Positions 60,617-64,000 of a stretch of DNA of 64,000 nucleotides are shown piece after piece; position 1 is the first letter of the stretch; each line of letters begins with the position of its first letter. The notes beneath the pieces are model-generated. The model made no database searches. It saw only the letters and a list, made by a program, of their open reading frames with translations, and had not been told where the DNA came from. A program made the position numbers and the translations under genes. The DNA comes from Candidatus Heimdallarchaeota archaeon B3_Heim (lineage in GTDB: Archaea > Asgardarchaeota > Heimdallarchaeia > Hodarchaeales > Hodarchaeaceae): positions 9,481-73,480 of the forward strand of contig NJBF01000020.1 in NCBI GenBank assembly GCA_003144275.1, read 5' to 3'.

Positions 60617-61104
60617 TCAGAATGACACGGATAGACGAAATTAAAAAGATAGAGATTTTTCCTATTATTGGAGATGAGAGTCATCTAAATGTAAAAGGAT
60701 TGAAAGACGAAGACGGTCGAAATAGAACAGGCTTCTTCATTACAGGTATGAGATTTATTAACGTAGAGCAACCTGAACCGAGAAGGATAAGAGCCAGGAT
60801 TACTTGGAATGCAGAGAATCAAGCTATCGAAATTGAAGAAAATGTATCTAGTGTAATGAAACGAGGAATTGCACTTTCAGTATTCTTCTTAAAAATTAAA
60901 GAAGGTGAGGAAGGGTATGAATTCCAAGAACCAGTCACGGTCCGAGGAAACCCTGAATTTACGGATCAAACTTTTGAAGGGACTTCAATCAATTGTTCAT
61001 GGTCGTCCAATCCACTTATGCTTGAGCTTTCTAGCACTGAAGGACGGTTTTTATCTGCGAAACTTCGCACAAAACAGCAAATAATTGAAGTTCGGATTGG
61101 CTAA
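60613..61104 (+). CDS. Hypothetical protein
   Basis: 163-aa ORF whose stop/start overlaps the aminotransferase. Confidence 0.25.
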   Translation: MIRMTRIDEIKKIEIFPIIGDESHLNVKGLKDEDGRNRTGFFITGMRFINVEQPEPRRIRARITWNAENQAIEIEENVSSVMKRGIALSVFFLKIKEGEEGYEFQEPVTVRGNPEFTDQTFEGTSINCSWSSNPLMLELSSTEGRFLSAKLRTKQQIIEVRIG

Positions 61105-61335
61105 CATTCAGATTATTATTCGTGGCTCTCAGAAATACTAGTTTTCAACATTTACAACTCTCCAGAATGAATGAGCTAGAAGGCAAATCAGAGGTTTTAA
61201 AAAACCCTTTAGTTTGTTCTAATAAACAAGGACTAACATCTCTGTATATCTGAATAAATCAGTAAAACCCAATATCTCTTCATATAGTACTGATCAGATT
61301 TAACGTGTTTCCAATAATCAGAAGGTAGTTTCAAT

Positions 61336-62568
61336 ATGAATCCAGATGATAAAGGTGAAATAGACCCTGCTTTGCGTAAAATAATGGAAATTCCTGACGA
61401 TCAAGAATTACCAGATGATGCATTGATTGATGTAATGCTGAGAGCACTAGAAAGTAACCAGCTATTATTAAGATCATCCGCAGTTCATCAACTTATTGAC
61501 CTTGGAAAAAGAAATCCTGCGATAGCCATACCTAAGATTTTGAAAGCTCTAGACCCTTCAGTTGATTATTGGACTGTTCGATTCGGCGCAGTTGAAGCAT
61601 TAGGAGAAATAGCAAATAGGGACACTATAAAACCCTTGATTAAGTACTTAAGAGAGGATGACGATCCAGATTTTCGTGCTATGGTAGCAAAACAACTTGG
61701 AGAAATGGGAGAAATAGCTAAAGAGGCAGGAACCGCTCTAATAGAGGCAATAGCTAATAAAGATAGCTCTGAAATAAGAGAAAATGCAGCTCATACATTA
61801 GGAGTGTTATCAGTAGATCAAGCTGTAATTCCGTTAATCAATGCCTTGAAAATCGAAGATGACAATTATGCTAAACGTGAAATCTGCTGGGCGTTGGGAG
61901 AGATTAACAATTCTTCTGCATTACCAAGCCTGTTAGCAAATCTTTCGGATAAAGATAAAGAAACTAGAGCAAAAGCTGTTGAGGCCCTAGGAAAAATTGA
62001 GGAAGCGGAGTCTATCATACCTATTTTGAAAACTACAAAAGATAGAGATACTGGCGTTCAAGCAAAAGCTATAGAAGCATTAAAGAAATTCTCTACAAAG
62101 AAAATCATGACCGAATTTAGTAAAGTTGCAGAAAATGATTTGTTTGTAGTTTTGCAACATTTTCAAGATTATCTCTTCAATATCGATAATGAAGAGGTAA
62201 CAAAGAAAGTACTTGAAATCAAAGAACCCATACTAAACGCGTACAAAGAAAAAATGAACAAAATAAAATCGGAACTCGAAAGCTGCAAGATATTTGTAGA
62301 GGAAAACTTTGAGAATATAGCTAATTTAGGAAAAAAAGACCTAAAAGAACTTGTTGAAAAGAAAATTCCGAAGGTTGAAGCTAAAGTGGCAAATGTTTCT
62401 CTTTATGAGTTTAGAAAACAGAAATGGTTAGAAAATGACCTCTATTTCGATATTGAAGAGATTTCTAGCCTCTACAAGGAATCAGGAGTAATGCTTTCAG
62501 AGCTCCGAGATAGTGTTCAGGACCTACTCAAGAAAGGTTTCTTACCAACATTGCGTGGAAACGATTAG
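61336..62568 (+). CDS. HEAT-repeat (PBS-lyase-like) protein
   Basis: Tandem repeats of the form VR-AVEALGEI, R--AA-TLGVL, KR-ICWALGEI, TRAKAVEALGKI and VQAKAIEALKKF. Confidence 0.6.
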   Translation: MNPDDKGEIDPALRKIMEIPDDQELPDDALIDVMLRALESNQLLLRSSAVHQLIDLGKRNPAIAIPKILKALDPSVDYWTVRFGAVEALGEIANRDTIKPLIKYLREDDDPDFRAMVAKQLGEMGEIAKEAGTALIEAIANKDSSEIRENAAHTLGVLSVDQAVIPLINALKIEDDNYAKREICWALGEINNSSALPSLLANLSDKDKETRAKAVEALGKIEEAESIIPILKTTKDRDTGVQAKAIEALKKFSTKKIMTEFSKVAENDLFVVLQHFQDYLFNIDNEEVTKKVLEIKEPILNAYKEKMNKIKSELESCKIFVEENFENIANLGKKDLKELVEKKIPKVEAKVANVSLYEFRKQKWLENDLYFDIEEISSLYKESGVMLSELRDSVQDLLKKGFLPTLRGND

Positions 62569-62776
62569 AAGTGTCCATAACAATAGATTGGAAAAATAGA
62601 AATGAGAGAAATAAAAATTAATCCATTCGGATAATCTTTACTCGCTTACCAATCCAAGAAGGGGGTAAATATACACGACCACTGTTTCCACTCTTCTTTA
62701 CTTCCTTTTCTAGCATCTCTTCTCCATATACTTCAAATTTACTTTGACGAATCGGTTCACTCATATTTTTCTCCTC

Positions 62777-63280
62777 CTAGGGGGATTGGCCGATGTTTAA
62801 TTCCAATGTTAAGTAATCAGAAAGCTTAAACCCTACCGTTGAAAAGAATTCCACTAAATCACCCCAATCCCAGGCGCATATAGTGCGAATACTATTTATT
62901 CCCTTTTCAGAGAAGTAAGAAATTACACGATTTGCTAAGGCGGTACCGACTCCCTGATCTTGAAATTCAGGATCAATTCCAAGTAGAGTAATCCAAGCAG
63001 CTAAATCATCTGTGCCATAAATATAGACTTTTGTTTCGGCCAAGAGATATCCAATTAATGTTCCATCCTGTAAAATTACACCTAAACTTTCATCACCGTG
63101 TTTAATGATTTGTTCCTTTAATTGACTACGGAATAAAGGATTGCGTTTCCTTCGGACAATGAGTTCATCAATACGCATTATCTCGTCAATATCATCAACA
63201 GAGAGAGGTCTGAATTGCAATTGAGCTTCGAGCTTTTTTGTTGTGTCCATAATGTCATCTCCGATTGATAGACCCAGCAA
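62777..63280 (-). CDS. GNAT family N-acetyltransferase
   Basis: Acetyl-CoA-binding motif QDQGVGTALANRVISYF. Confidence 0.65.
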   Translation of the reverse strand: MLGLSIGDDIMDTTKKLEAQLQFRPLSVDDIDEIMRIDELIVRRKRNPLFRSQLKEQIIKHGDESLGVILQDGTLIGYLLAETKVYIYGTDDLAAWITLLGIDPEFQDQGVGTALANRVISYFSEKGINSIRTICAWDWGDLVEFFSTVGFKLSDYLTLELNIGQSP

Positions 63281-63388
63281 TAATTGATAAATTAAATACC
63301 TTGTGAAGTTTCACTGGTTATCCTCTTTACATTCTTCTTCACTAACAGGAAGACATTCATATGATATTTCTTATACATTAACTTAGAA

Positions 63389-64000
63389 TCATGAGTTTTT
63401 ATGATAGAGTTTAATGAATGCTACCGCTAGTAGTGACAAAATTATAATCCATGTGGACACTGCGGTTTGAAAGGTAAATGATGGTAGAGGAAAAAATGAA
63501 TCAGTGTTTTGCTGAACTATCAGGAGAAAACTCTCTGTTGTTTGTCCAACTGCTTTTAGAGTTTCAGTACTAATTTGGCTGAGAGTGTCACTTGTTGTAT
63601 GCCAAGCTTTGTAGTTGTTAATAAAATCATCAATGATATCAACAGCGGGAACTCCCTTTTCTAGAAAGGGAAGATGATCATCCGTGATCTTACTCCAAGA
63701 TTTATTAATAAAAAATTGTGCATAATTCATTTTATCCGCTATATTCCAGATTTCCGAGACGAGGGACCGAGCGTATTGATCTGAATACCCCTCACGCTTG
63801 AAAAGTGCATTATTCCCACCGACCATGTCGAAAAGAATTGCATACGTGATTTTGTCCTTTTGGAAGAGATTCGAATTTACAAAGTACCGTGATCCGACTA
63901 ACCAATTCCATCCAATACTCCCTTGATCTTCAGCATCAAAAAGGATGATTTTGAAATTTGAGATTTGATGCTTTAATAGTAAGACTCGGCCTAGTTCTAA
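63389..64000 (-). CDS. M28-family peptidase / glutaminyl-cyclase-like protein with a C-terminal TM anchor (partial; the N-terminus lies beyond the window edge)
   Basis: The reading frame stays open to nt 64000 upstream of the annotated Met (…IILFDAEDQGSIGWNWLVGSRYF…DMVGGNN). M28 motifs FDAED-G, DMVGG and WHTTSDT. C-terminal hydrophobic helix. Confidence 0.55.
   Translation of the reverse strand, partial: LELGRVLLLKHQISNFKIILFDAEDQGSIGWNWLVGSRYFVNSNLFQKDKITYAILFDMVGGNNALFKREGYSDQYARSLVSEIWNIADKMNYAQFFINKSWSKITDDHLPFLEKGVPAVDIIDDFINNYKAWHTTSDTLSQISTETLKAVGQTTESFLLIVQQNTDSFFPLPSFTFQTAVSTWIIILSLLAVAFIKLYHKNS

Overview
This is a 64 kb, AT-rich (about 30% GC), gene-dense window that looks archaeal. 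The evidence for that: an archaeosine tRNA pathway (ArcTGT, ArcS, RaSEA-like), a TFE, a ChlI/ChlD-like ATPase pair, leaderless TATA-type promoters, T-tract terminators, and surface proteins with C-terminal TM anchors and many N-glycosylation sequons. Several proteins resemble eukaryote-like signature proteins: an MglA-family small GTPase, at least two Roadblock/LC7 proteins, an arrestin/Spo0M-like two-lobed beta-sandwich protein, and a tail-anchored coiled-coil protein with SNARE-like layer architecture. Together these make an Asgard-type (Lokiarchaeia-like) archaeon a reasonable but unproven guess.

Content by theme:
1. Amino-acid and peptide catabolism: hutU (5.2-7.0 kb); a hutH / M20 amidohydrolase / glutamine-synthetase-like / hutI cluster (23.7-29.2 kb); an OppABCDF-type peptide ABC transporter on the minus strand (15.2-21.6 kb); secreted S8 subtilisin, metzincin-like metalloprotease, transglutaminase-like protein and a partial M28 peptidase.
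2. A four-gene plus-strand operon at 7.1-12.0 kb: small membrane protein, a membrane-embedded ChlI-type AAA+ ATPase fused through 4 TM helices to a vWA/MIDAS domain, an arrestin-like protein, and a second small membrane protein. A second standalone ChlI-like ATPase at 22.4-23.4 kb carries the same C-x3-C-x8-C-x2-C insert. No chelatase large subunit is present in the window. I consider this the most likely novel system here.
3. Housekeeping: TFE, GGPP synthase, a HAD hydrolase, and a wHTH regulator followed by grpE-dnaK-dnaJ. The J-domain N-terminus of dnaJ has no usable start codon and sits behind an in-frame TAA.
4. A GC-rich roughly 1.4 kb IS200/IS605-family element with an intact TnpB (48.5-49.9 kb), next to a large membrane glycoprotein with a possible C-terminal HEPN-like Rx4H motif.
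5. PLP aminotransferase, HEAT-repeat protein, GNAT acetyltransferase and assorted hypothetical proteins. I could not support any tRNA, rRNA or CRISPR array.
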